Assembly (NCBI GenBank): GCA_963702845.1
Contig: OY969763.1
Location: 224,001-288,000, forward strand
Direction of reading: 5' to 3'
Source of the DNA: an uncultured Verrucomicrobiae bacterium
Lineage (GTDB): Bacteria; Verrucomicrobiota; Verrucomicrobiia; Limisphaerales; Palsa-1400
DNA: 64,000 bases
Shown here: positions 32,252 to 42,591 of the stretch, piece after piece
Layout of the letters: each line of letters starts with the position of its first letter
How positions within the stretch are numbered: the stretch's first letter is position 1
Translations under genes and position numbers: made by a program
Notes under the pieces: generated by a model
What the model saw: only the letters and a program-made list of their open reading frames with translations
Databases searched by the model: none
What the model was told of the DNA's origin: nothing

Positions 32252-33450
32252 TGCTTCTTATTGCCGAGTAAGGACGAAAGTTTTTCGTTCGCTTTGTTCA
32301 GGTCGGCCGGAGCAGGTGCTGGCTCGGTTGGTTTCAAGGGAACGGCTTCCGCCGGTTTCGCCAATGACTCCAGCTTCGCTTTATTGACCGCCGGCTCAGC
32401 CGGGAAAGAGGTGGGCACAACTTCGACAGGTTTCGCTTCCTGAGCGCTAAGCCGTTCGAGAATCTTTTCTTTGCCTTGAGACTTTTCAGCATCGCCGCGC
32501 AAATAAGCTGCAACGCGGTTACCGGACACGGCGCCAGAGGTTTCAGACGAATTCGCCCGTGCGTTGCGGACGACATCGAGAAAATAGCTTTCGAGGTTCT
32601 GGCGTGGGTTATCGACCTGGATAGCGTCAGACGCCGCGTCATGCCGGATAATTTCTAGAACACGTTGCATCGTCTGCGGCTGTAAAACCGGCGTCGTGAT
32701 GCGGACGGAGTCGCGCTTGGCAAGCAATTCGTTCAACGTGCCGAGCGCTTGGATCTTGCCGCCATAATATATAACCACGCGATCGCATACGTCCTCGACA
32801 TCCGACAGCAAGTGGCTGCTCAGGAGAACAGTCTTGCCACGTTTTTTCAGTGTCAGGATGAGATCTTTGACTTCGCGGCAGCCAATCGGATCCAAACCAG
32901 CCGTTGGTTCATCGAGGATCACCAGATCAGGATCGTTGATGAGCGCCTGGGCCAGGCCAATACGCCTCTGCATACCTTTCGAGAACTCGCCGACGACGCG
33001 GGTGCGCACGTTGCCGAGGCCAACCATTTCCAACAGTTCTTCCGTTCGTTTCTTCCGTTGGTCTTGGGGCAGATCGAAGAGACTGCCAAAAAAACCGAGC
33101 GTTTCGTGCGAATCAAGAAACCGGTAGAGATAAGATTCTTCCGGCAAATAACCGATGCGCGATTTGGTCCCCACATGCCGGGGTGAACGCCCAAAAACCT
33201 CGATATGGCCCTTCGTCGGATACAACAGCCCGAGCAACATCTTCACGGTGGTCGACTTGCCGGAGCCGTTGGGCCCGAGAAGACCAAAAACTTCACCGCG
33301 ACGAATTTCGAAATCTACATTATCAACGGCGCGCGCCTTGGGGCGGCCCCAAAAATCTTTGAAAACTTTAGTCAAACCGCGAACGGAAACAACCGTTTCA
33401 ACCGTCGACGGCGCTGCGGCATTCTGAGTTGATGTGAGGACCGATTCCAT
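32248..33450 (-). CDS. ABC transporter ATP-binding protein with C-terminal extension
   Basis: GPNGSGKS, FSKGM, ILDEPT, SSH. Confidence 0.92.
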   Translation of the reverse strand: MESVLTSTQNAAAPSTVETVVSVRGLTKVFKDFWGRPKARAVDNVDFEIRRGEVFGLLGPNGSGKSTTVKMLLGLLYPTKGHIEVFGRSPRHVGTKSRIGYLPEESYLYRFLDSHETLGFFGSLFDLPQDQRKKRTEELLEMVGLGNVRTRVVGEFSKGMQRRIGLAQALINDPDLVILDEPTAGLDPIGCREVKDLILTLKKRGKTVLLSSHLLSDVEDVCDRVVIYYGGKIQALGTLNELLAKRDSVRITTPVLQPQTMQRVLEIIRHDAASDAIQVDNPRQNLESYFLDVVRNARANSSETSGAVSGNRVAAYLRGDAEKSQGKEKILERLSAQEAKPVEVVPTSFPAEPAVNKAKLESLAKPAEAVPLKPTEPAPAPADLNKANEKLSSLLGNKKQ

Positions 33451-33787
33451 GGCCAGCGTTGAGTTTAGCATGATGCAACTCATTAGAAATTAAAATAATT
33501 TTGAACACGACGGCAGTGGTCATCTCGCAGCACAGGCGAGACTTGATTTGCAAATCAGCCGTGTCTAATGCATCGCCCGATAAAAACGCGGGGCCTGCGA
33601 GGAAAACCCTTACCAGCACGCCGCTTATGTTCGTTGTGCTTGACCGAGGCAGTGGCTTCTCGCTACTATGCTGGTTCAGACTTACCCAACCCAAGAGCAT
33701 TCCTCTGGGAAGTTTGATATAAATCGAGCTAGTCCTGTGGGACTTATGATTCGCGACGAAAGTTAGTTACAACAAGAACGCATTCTT

Positions 33788-36700
33788 ATGAAACTACGGA
33801 TTCCAAGACCAACTATTTATGTACTAATGTCGAGCATAGTGCTTGCGCTTTGCACATTGAATGTTCACGCGGTGTTCAGCTATTGGGACCCGAATGGCAC
33901 AGTCGGCAGCGGAAACTTTAGCGGAACGTGGGAGAACAATTCGTGGAGTACCTGCTGTCGCGGGGCAAGCAACACCTCAGGCATATGTCGAAAATACAGC
34001 GGCTGGATGGGGTGTGGCAGGCGCGGCGTCACAGACGTTCACTGTGACGATGAATTCGCTACATACCGTAGCGGGTATGTTTGCTGGTGCTGGCGGCACC
34101 ACCGCGGCGTGCAACGTGACGATCAATGGGCCTGGTTCGATTTTCATTCCCGGCACATCTTTCCAAGGGTTTGCCGCCGCCTCAGGAGCAAATGTCGTCA
34201 TTGGCGTGCCGATGAGCGGCGCCGGTGGTCCGGTGTTCGAGTCGACCGGCCAATTCTGGTTGATGGCGACAAATAGTTATACATTCGGAACCTATCTGGG
34301 CTACTCGGGCGCGACTTTCGGCGGCATAGTCAACTTCAACAACACCGGGTCGTTTGGCACGGGAAATATTGTTGTCAGCAACACCGGTGTCGCTGGGATT
34401 TGCGCTATGGTTGTTCAAACCAATGTCGCCGTCAGCATCACCAATAAGTGGACATGGTCCGGCGCCAATTCCGGTGTTAACATTGTCGGCAATCCGGCGG
34501 GCGTGACCTTCAGTGGAACGGTGGCGTTCTCCGCTGTGGCAACAAACGCTAACTTGTATTCTGGTGCAACGGGCAACCTCGTTGTCATGTCTGGCATTAT
34601 CAGCGGTGGTAAAGCAGGCGGCTTTTTCAATAAAGGCAACGCGTCCACACTACGCTTGAGCGGCGCTAACACGCATATTCTCATTACCACCGTCAGCAAC
34701 GGCGTGCTCCAAGCCGGTAACGCCACTTGTATTCCGCTCAACTCCGCCACGCCTGATACAGGCAAAGGCGATCTATGGGTGTATACCCCCGGCGTTTTCG
34801 ACCTCAACGGTTTCAGTCCAACAATCTCTGGGCTGACCGGAACCGGCACAATCGATAACAAATCCGCAACAGCCGGTACTCTTAAACGTCGGCACGAACA
34901 ACACCGCAAGCACATTTAATGGCACCATCCAAAGCAGCGTCGGCGTCTTGAACTTAACCAAAATTGGAAGCGGAACATTCACTTTGGCCGGCACCAGCAC
35001 CTACTCGGGCAATACCACAGTCAATAACGGCACGCTCGTCGCATCGACCGGCAACAGCGTCATCCCTCTGACGTCACCTGTTACGCTTGGTGCGGGCGGC
35101 AACTTGGACGTTGCCGGCAACTCCATGACTCTGACGAACCTATCGGGTCGCGGCAGCATCATCAACAACAGCGGGACCTTGACCATTAATAATAATTTAA
35201 CGGTTAGCAACTCGACCGTGACTTACAGCGGTTTCAGCGGCGGTATCGACAACGGCGGTCTTGTGAAGACCGGAAATGGTTCGTTGGCCTTGCGCGGAAC
35301 AAACAATCTTCCGAACGGCATTCAAGTTAACGCCGGCATTCTTTCGGTTGGAGCGGGACCTGACCGTATCGCCTCGGCGGGCGGCGCAGTCCTCACGATT
35401 GCCAATGGCGCGACGTTCCAGCTTGATGCTGCTTCTCAAACTGTGGGTCAAATTTCCGGCAGTGGCGCAATTAATCTCGGCGGCGGCACATTGAATGTGA
35501 ATACCCCACTCGGCAACATGTATAGCGGCGTGGTTCGCGACTCGGATATTGGTGCCAATCCGACGACGGCTCAAGGCCATGGTTTACGCGGCTATTATTA
35601 TGACAACCAGGACTTCACCGCGCTTCTCGCGGTCCGTGATGACGCTGCGATTAATTTTCCGGATTTCAGCTCGCCGACATACTTGCCGCCACAAATCTAT
35701 CCGAATACAAATCAGTTCTCGATACGTTGGCTTGGCCAGGTTTTGACGCCGGTCACAGGAACCTACACGTTCACTGTCCAGTCTGACGACGGTTCACGCC
35801 TGTGGATCAACGGCTCACTGGTAGTCGATAGTTGGATCACGCAAAGCTCCGCCGCACGCAGTGGAACGATTGTGCTGAACGCGAATACGCGCTATGACAT
35901 CGTGTTGGAATACTTCAATCAAACAGGAACGGGTACAGCCGTTCCCACTTGCCAGTTGCGCTGGACTCCACCGGGCGACACGGTCTCAACCCTCATTCCG
36001 ACGGATTATTTGTTCCTGCCTACAGCCGGCAGCGTTGTTAAGGACGGCTTCGGTTCACTGCAATTGACCGGCACAAACAACGTCTACACCGGATCAACAG
36101 TTGTTAAAGCAGGCACCTTGGAGATTTCGGCTGATCATGGTCTCGGCTTCGGCAATGTCTATGTGCAAGACGGCGCTTCGCTGACGCTCGATAGCGGCTC
36201 GGCAAATAACTACATCGCCGATTCGGCTGATCTGGTTCTGACTGCTTCTGCAAGTGCGACACTGAACTTCACGGGCACCGACACCGTTCGCGCGCTGTCA
36301 TTGGACGGTGGTGCAACCTACAAAGTTGCTGGCACCTACGGTTCGCCCAGTTCGACTGCGCAACATAAAGACAGCCATTTCAGCGGCTCGGGTCTGATTC
36401 TCGTGGCGGGATTGCCCTCAACGACGACCCTTGGTTCGTCGACTGGCACAACTGTTTATGGCGCCGCGGTGACGTTAACCGCGGTTGCTCACGGAACAGG
36501 TGCGACGCCGACTGGCACGATCACTTTCTTCGACGGTGCGAACGCGATTGGCACTGTTGCCGTTGATGGCACGGGCACAGCGGCGTTGAGCGTTACCGAC
36601 CTGCTGGTGGCGACTTCGCCACACAGCGTAACGGCCATTTACAATGGCGACGCGACTTACAGCTCGAGCACCTCGGCTGCGGTGACGCAAACCGTCACGG

Positions 36701-37722
36701 CGATCACTCTCACCGGCGTGATCGGAAGTACGAAGGTTTATGACCAGACCACGACGGCTCCGTTGAATCTGACGAACCTAATCGGGGTGTTGGCGGTCGA
36801 TACAAATTTGGTTCAACTCGCGACAAGCTATGTCGCAAGCTTCCAGGACAAGAATGTCGGCAACGGCAAACCGATAACCGCCAGCAGCATCACGCTGACC
36901 GGCGGCGCTGCGGGCAATTACACGATCGCATCCACCGCCTCGGTTTTTGGAAACATTACGCCGAAGTTGTTAACGGTCACGAATGCTACGGCCAGCAACA
37001 AGGTTTATGATGGCACCGTGACGGCAACTATCAGTATGGCCGGTACCGGCATTACGAGTGTCGCCACCGTTATCTTTGCTGGGGACGACGTCTCGACCAA
37101 TACCACCGTTAGTCCAGCCACTGGGGTGTTTGCAGACCCAAACGTCGGTACCGCTAAGACAGTCACCGTAACGGTACCACTCAGCGGCACCGATGCAGGC
37201 AACTATCTCGCCACCGCAGTGCCAAAAGCCAACATCACGATCGCGACCAGTGCGTTGGCTCTAACCTCCTCGGCAAATCCGGCGAATGCGGGTGACAACG
37301 TGAGCTTCACCGCGACGGCCTCGCCGCTGACGGGTGCCGGCACACCAACCGGCAACGTTGTATTCCTGACCAACGGTGTGGTGTTCTCAACGGTTCCGTT
37401 GAGCGGCGGTTCAGCGAATTCCGGCGGCACCACAACTTTGACCGGCACGAACACGATTACCGCTCAATATGCTAGTAGCACCAACTTCGTCGGCAGCACC
37501 AACACGTTGCAACAAGTCATCAACCAGTCGTTAGCGCAGCCGACGATGACGATCGGCCAGTCAGGTAATTCGATTACGATTACATGGGCCGGCACGTTCA
37601 ACCTCCAATCGGTCGGCGCGCTGCAATCGTCCGGCACCGGCTGGCTGACGATTCCGGGCGCGACCAGTGGGTATACAACGCCGATCACGAACGCGGCGAC
37701 GTTCTATCGTCTCAGCAATTAA
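33788..37722 (+). CDS. Large secreted surface protein: autotransporter-associated beta-strand repeats, PA14, Ig-like (Big_3) and YDG repeats (frameshifts near 33955 and 34885)
   Basis: LTKIGSGTFTLAGTSTYSGNT repeats; GLRGYYY..FSIRWLG..SDDGSRLWING (PA14); KVYDGT; single reading restored by two shifts. Confidence 0.85.
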
Positions 37723-37737
37723 GGTTTAGTTTCTCAC

Positions 37738-37772
37738 GAGCCCTCTCTTCCCGTGGAGAGAGGGCTTTTTGT
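37738..37772 (+). terminator. Intrinsic terminator
   Basis: agccctctct/agagagggct stem followed by a T run. Confidence 0.8.
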
Positions 37773-37835
37773 TTGCTTTGAAGGGCTCGCACGGGCAACG
37801 ATTCGCGCATTAAAACCACCAATTATTTTCTGCTC

Positions 37836-39575
37836 GTGATGTCGTGCGCGTTGCTTGCAGGTCCTGCTCATGCATTCGACGGTGCGCCGTGGCACGTTTC
37901 CACCGGCAATTTGTCAGTTGGCTACATTCAAGCTTCGCCAATCGGAGCATTTCCTCGCACGAACGTCTACGAAGCTCCGCCGTCCGTCGAATCGCAAAAG
38001 CGCCTGAAGGACATGGGCTTGGTCGCCAATGAAGATTACGTCGCATGGGGTGCGGTGGAGCGCGAGCCGGGCGTATGGAATTGGAAACAACACGACGACA
38101 TGGAGCATGCCTTGCACGCGGCTGGACTGCGTTACGTCGTGTATGACTGGGCGCATTTCCCGCCAACATGGCTGCGCACGAATGGCAACCGCACGCTCAT
38201 GCGCTGTCTGGAGCACGGGCAGGAGTGCAACTACTTGTCGATCTTCGATCCGCAAACAATCGTACGGTACGATCACTTCTACAAAAACCTCTCGGCACAT
38301 TTCACCAATCGTATCGACGATGTTTACGCGTGCATTCTTGGGCCATACGGCGAAGGAAATTATCCGTTGATGGTCCTCGATTGGGTCAATATGGGCCACT
38401 GCCACGAGGGCTATTGGTGCGGAGACAAACATGCGCAAGTTGCCTTTCAAACAGCGATGCGTAAGAAATATTCGCGTATCGCCAAGCTGAATCGCGCGTG
38501 GGGCACGAAGTTCAAATCGTTCGAGGAAGTCTCGATGCCGTCTGAACTCATCAATGAAAAATTCAAGCCCTCGCTGGCAGCTTTTCCAACGGTCCAAGAC
38601 AAACGTCGTTGGTTGGATTTCATCAGCTGGTATCACCAGGCGATTATCGATTTCACTGAGCACTCGATCAAAACCGTCCTGAAATATTTTCCCCCGAACA
38701 AAGTGCGCATCAAACCCGGCGGCAATGCTCGCGGTGTGAACCCTATTGCGTGGGGCACCTATTGTCCCGGCTACGCTAAAATGGCGAAGCCTTACCACAT
38801 CGTTTTGCAACCGGCCGATTGTGGCGGTGCGGTCTTTGGCGATAAATGGATGGGCACAGCTTATCAATTTTACGGCGTGACGGAATGCACTGAACCGGCC
38901 GGAGGTCTCGACGACAACAATTTCGTGCGCCGAATGTTTTCCGATGCCTCCTCTGGCGCACGACAATTGTTCACGTATGAATTTGAAAGTCATCATGCCT
39001 CCATGCAGAAATACGTTCATCTGTTCACCGGCAAGCCCGGCGATACCGAAGTCGCCGTTTATTGCCCAACGACACTTTATCGTTTCGGCGAAACACTCGA
39101 TCCGACCGTTCAGTCCGGCTATCCGTTGCGTGACCTTTGCGAATTCGACGTGCTCGACGAAGTGCTGATCGATGACGGGGCGCTCAACGCACATCGCTAC
39201 AAAGCGCTGCTTATTTTCCAAACTGATATCGTCGAGCAAAACATTCTCGACGCACTCGACAAGTTTTTACGCAAAGGCGGAAAGATCTTCATCGTAGGCA
39301 GCGGTGAAATTAAGAACGTCGAAGGCAGACAGTGGTCGCCCACACGCGGCACAGTGATACACACGGTAGCGCTGAATAAGGATCGTGCCTGGCTGGCGCA
39401 ACTGAGCGCGCATCTCTCTGGATTAAAAGGTGTCGATGGCAAACTGGATGGCCTTTGGACCTGCCGTCGCGGCAAGGAACTCTTCGTCTATAATTCTGGC
39501 AACAAGCCGACGCAAATGGAACTGAACGGCGAGACGGCAACGATTGAGCCGCACACAATTTGGGAGAAGCGCTAG
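37836..39575 (+). CDS. Secreted GH42/GH14-like glycoside hydrolase
   Basis: WGAVEREPGVWNW, GPYGEGNYP, KYSRIAKLNRAWGT; exact start uncertain. Confidence 0.7.
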   Translation: MMSCALLAGPAHAFDGAPWHVSTGNLSVGYIQASPIGAFPRTNVYEAPPSVESQKRLKDMGLVANEDYVAWGAVEREPGVWNWKQHDDMEHALHAAGLRYVVYDWAHFPPTWLRTNGNRTLMRCLEHGQECNYLSIFDPQTIVRYDHFYKNLSAHFTNRIDDVYACILGPYGEGNYPLMVLDWVNMGHCHEGYWCGDKHAQVAFQTAMRKKYSRIAKLNRAWGTKFKSFEEVSMPSELINEKFKPSLAAFPTVQDKRRWLDFISWYHQAIIDFTEHSIKTVLKYFPPNKVRIKPGGNARGVNPIAWGTYCPGYAKMAKPYHIVLQPADCGGAVFGDKWMGTAYQFYGVTECTEPAGGLDDNNFVRRMFSDASSGARQLFTYEFESHHASMQKYVHLFTGKPGDTEVAVYCPTTLYRFGETLDPTVQSGYPLRDLCEFDVLDEVLIDDGALNAHRYKALLIFQTDIVEQNILDALDKFLRKGGKIFIVGSGEIKNVEGRQWSPTRGTVIHTVALNKDRAWLAQLSAHLSGLKGVDGKLDGLWTCRRGKELFVYNSGNKPTQMELNGETATIEPHTIWEKR

Positions 39576-39638
39576 CTCTTCCTCTCCTCTGGAGGAGAGA
39601 GTCCGCGAGAGGAGGTTATCTGCTCGTTTTAGACCGTT

Positions 39639-40181
39639 TCATCGCGGGAATTCCTTGCGATAAGAATCCCGACGATGCATCACCGCGTTCACATAATCCT
39701 GTGTCGTTGGAAAACCAATTTGACTGACGAACGCGGTGCTATTCGTCGACGCAGAACCGCCGAGCCATTTCAAAACATTCCCACGTCCCGCATTGTAGTC
39801 CGCCAGCGCGTAAGCGACCGGATTGTCCGTCTGTCGGTAACGCCGCAGCACGTGCTGCAAATACCACGTTCCGACGAGAATGTTCGTCGCGGGGTTGAGG
39901 CATGCTGCGTGATGGAATTGTTGCACCTGTTCGGCTGAAGCCCATTCCTGTGCTGCCGTCGAGCGAACCTGCATCAGCCCAAGCTCTCCCGCGCTGCCAC
40001 GAGCGTTCGGATGAAAGCGGCTCTCGCGCCAGCAGATCGCTTTGATAAGTGCGGCATCGATTTTGTATTTCTGCGAGGCCGCGACGATGAATCGATCGTA
40101 GCGATGCTCGCGCCAATAACCCCACCACCAGTAGCCGATAACTCCTGCGCACAAAAGCAGCACAAGAATTTTTCGCCTCAT
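39639..40181 (-). CDS. Lytic transglycosylase (SLT domain)
   Basis: RESRF, GELGLMQV, YNAGRG. Confidence 0.92.
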   Translation of the reverse strand: MRRKILVLLLCAGVIGYWWWGYWREHRYDRFIVAASQKYKIDAALIKAICWRESRFHPNARGSAGELGLMQVRSTAAQEWASAEQVQQFHHAACLNPATNILVGTWYLQHVLRRYRQTDNPVAYALADYNAGRGNVLKWLGGSASTNSTAFVSQIGFPTTQDYVNAVMHRRDSYRKEFPR

Positions 40182-40227
40182 CGGCGTTAATGATTAGCGA
40201 TAACCGCGAAACTGCTGAAGCAAAATA

Positions 40228-40620
40228 TTATTTAAACCCCTCAGCCAGCCGCTCCACGAAATGCAGCAGATTGCCTTCTGCATCCTGGAAATAAAGCACG
40301 CGCCCGCCGCCGCCCGCGGGTTTAATTGTTTCCGTAAATTTAACACCTTTCTTTTCCAGCGCAGCGCGTGCGGCTTCGATATTTTTTACCGTTAACGCGA
40401 GATGACGAAACCCGACGATTGCGTTATTTGCCGCATCATTCTCAAACGAAGCGGCGGTACCTATCTCAAGCATCACGCCGCCTGGTAGGCGCACCAGGTA
40501 TGACGGTGGTTTCGAATTACTCGCGAACGCAACGGTCGCGCCGAGTGTATTCACGTACCACTTCTGCAACGCCTCGGTATCACGCGCAAGCAGACCAACA
40601 TGTTCCAATGACAATTCCAT
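40228..40620 (-). CDS. VOC/glyoxalase family protein
   Basis: EHVGL, RHLALTV, YFQDAEGNLL. Confidence 0.88.
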   Translation of the reverse strand: MELSLEHVGLLARDTEALQKWYVNTLGATVAFASNSKPPSYLVRLPGGVMLEIGTAASFENDAANNAIVGFRHLALTVKNIEAARAALEKKGVKFTETIKPAGGGGRVLYFQDAEGNLLHFVERLAEGFK

Positions 40621-40699
40621 TTAGGTTCCAGAGTGTGATTTGAAATGGCCCGCTCGCAAGCCGATTTCATAGCTGCTGCCGACCCAGCCACTTGCTACA

Positions 40700-42532
40700 A
40701 TGGCGCGAATGTCCTCAACGGCAACGCGACTCAAAATCTGGATTATTCCACTCGCTCTGGTCGCGTTGACGGTTGTCGTTTATCTGCCGGTGCTTTGGTC
40801 CGATTTCGTGGAAATTGACGACTGGTCCTACGTTTATAAGAACATCCACATCAATACCGGGCTGCAACTGAGCAACGTGCTCTGGGGTTGGACGCACATT
40901 CTCGGCGGCAACTGGCATCCGCTCACGGCCATGTCGCATATGCTCGACTGCCAACTGTTCGGGGTGAATCCCCGCTGGCATCATGCCGAAAATGTTCTGA
41001 TCCACTGCGCAAACGTCGTGCTGTTGTTCTTTCTGGTGCGCCGTTTCGAAAAAGGGTTCGACGCAACAATCCCTGCTTGGATCATCGCCGCCATTTTCGC
41101 CGTGCACCCGTTGCACGTGGAGTCGGTCGCCTGGATTTCCGAACGCAAGGACGTGCTGAGCGCATTTTTCTTTCTGCTGTCGCTGCACGCGTATTTCACG
41201 TTCGCCACCGGGAACAAAAAGCGCGCTTATTATTTTTGTCTCGTTTGGTTCGCATTTGGACTGTTGTCCAAACCGATGCTCGTGACGTTGCCGTGCGTGT
41301 TATTGCTGCTGGATTTTTGGCCGTTACGGCGCAGCAATTGGAAGGCACTCGCGATTGAAAAGTGGCCGTTTTTCGCGCTGTCGCTGGCCGACTCTATTAT
41401 CACTCTGTTCACCCAAAGCAAAGCAGGAGCAATGATGGACCAGGTGCCAATACCGTCGAAACCAGGTTTTATTCTCGAAGGGTATTGGTTCTACTTCGAG
41501 AAAATGTTCGTGCCGACGAACCTTGCCATGTTCTATCCGCCGGACACGCGGCCAACTACCGCACTGCTGGTGATGCTGCTTTGTGGATTAATTGGTTTGA
41601 CCGTGCTCGCCGTATTGCTGAGGCGCCGCGCGCCGGCGGTGTTCATGGGCTGGCTGTGGTTCCTGGGAATGCTCGTACCGGTGGTTGGATTCGTCCATAG
41701 CGGAAGCCAGGCTTACGCCGACCGATATTCTTACCTCCCATCGATTGGACTTTCGCTCGCGTTAGTCTGGCCGATCATGCATTTGGTTACGCGCCGATGG
41801 CCGCCATTTGTAATTGTTGCGGCGACAACAGCCGCGCTTGTCGGCGTCATCAGCGTCACTCAAGCGCTGGTGCTTTTCTGGCAAAATACTGAGGTGTTGT
41901 ATAGTCGCGCGGTCGCTGCCGTTCCGAATAACCGCGAGGCACTCGTGCACTTTGGCGGCCATTACGAAGAAATCGGTCTGTTGGACAAAGCGATTCCGTA
42001 TTACGTCAAAGCGCTTACCATCCAAGAGGAAGGATTTTCACTGTTTCACCTCGGTAGAATTCGCCTGCGTAAACACAACCTCGACGGCGCGCAAAAATGT
42101 TTTGAAAGGGCTCTTCTTTACGCGCCTGACCGACCGGAAGTGAATCGTGCGCTTGGCCGTTTGTGCGACGAACGAAACGAATCTCAAAAAGCCCTTGAGT
42201 ACTTTCATCGGGCTGCTGTCGCGGGGCCCGATTACATCGATGCACTGCGCGATTTCGCCTGGATGGTCGCCGGTGACAAAACTATTTCTGCGACCAACGC
42301 GCCGCAAGCGATCGAATTCGCCAAACACGCCGTCGCTCTGGAACCGGAGAACGCGGTGAACCTCGCTATTCTAGCCGGTGCGCAAGCGCGGGCCGGCCGC
42401 TTTTCGGATGCGGTGCAAACCGAGCAGCGCGCAATAGCTGTCGCGCAAGCCACCGACAACCGCTCCATCGTCGAACGTTGCAGAAAACAGTTGGCGCTTT
42501 TTCAGAACGGCAAATCGGCTGTGGAAGAGTGA
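40700..42532 (+). CDS. TMTC-like GT-C membrane glycosyltransferase with TPR repeats
   Basis: DD..YV, NWHPLT, HPLHVESVAWISERKDVL, ADRYSYLP, C-terminal TPRs. Confidence 0.85.
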   Translation: MARMSSTATRLKIWIIPLALVALTVVVYLPVLWSDFVEIDDWSYVYKNIHINTGLQLSNVLWGWTHILGGNWHPLTAMSHMLDCQLFGVNPRWHHAENVLIHCANVVLLFFLVRRFEKGFDATIPAWIIAAIFAVHPLHVESVAWISERKDVLSAFFFLLSLHAYFTFATGNKKRAYYFCLVWFAFGLLSKPMLVTLPCVLLLLDFWPLRRSNWKALAIEKWPFFALSLADSIITLFTQSKAGAMMDQVPIPSKPGFILEGYWFYFEKMFVPTNLAMFYPPDTRPTTALLVMLLCGLIGLTVLAVLLRRRAPAVFMGWLWFLGMLVPVVGFVHSGSQAYADRYSYLPSIGLSLALVWPIMHLVTRRWPPFVIVAATTAALVGVISVTQALVLFWQNTEVLYSRAVAAVPNNREALVHFGGHYEEIGLLDKAIPYYVKALTIQEEGFSLFHLGRIRLRKHNLDGAQKCFERALLYAPDRPEVNRALGRLCDERNESQKALEYFHRAAVAGPDYIDALRDFAWMVAGDKTISATNAPQAIEFAKHAVALEPENAVNLAILAGAQARAGRFSDAVQTEQRAIAVAQATDNRSIVERCRKQLALFQNGKSAVEE

Positions 42533-42591
42533 TCCGCAACGCGGTTGTGTTCACAGTTTACTGAACACTGATTACTGTTTAATCATCTCAT

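Noticed and set aside
39576..39616. cctctcc..ggagag palindrome as a novel RNA
   Set aside because: Short hairpin between convergent genes, consistent with an ordinary REP or terminator.
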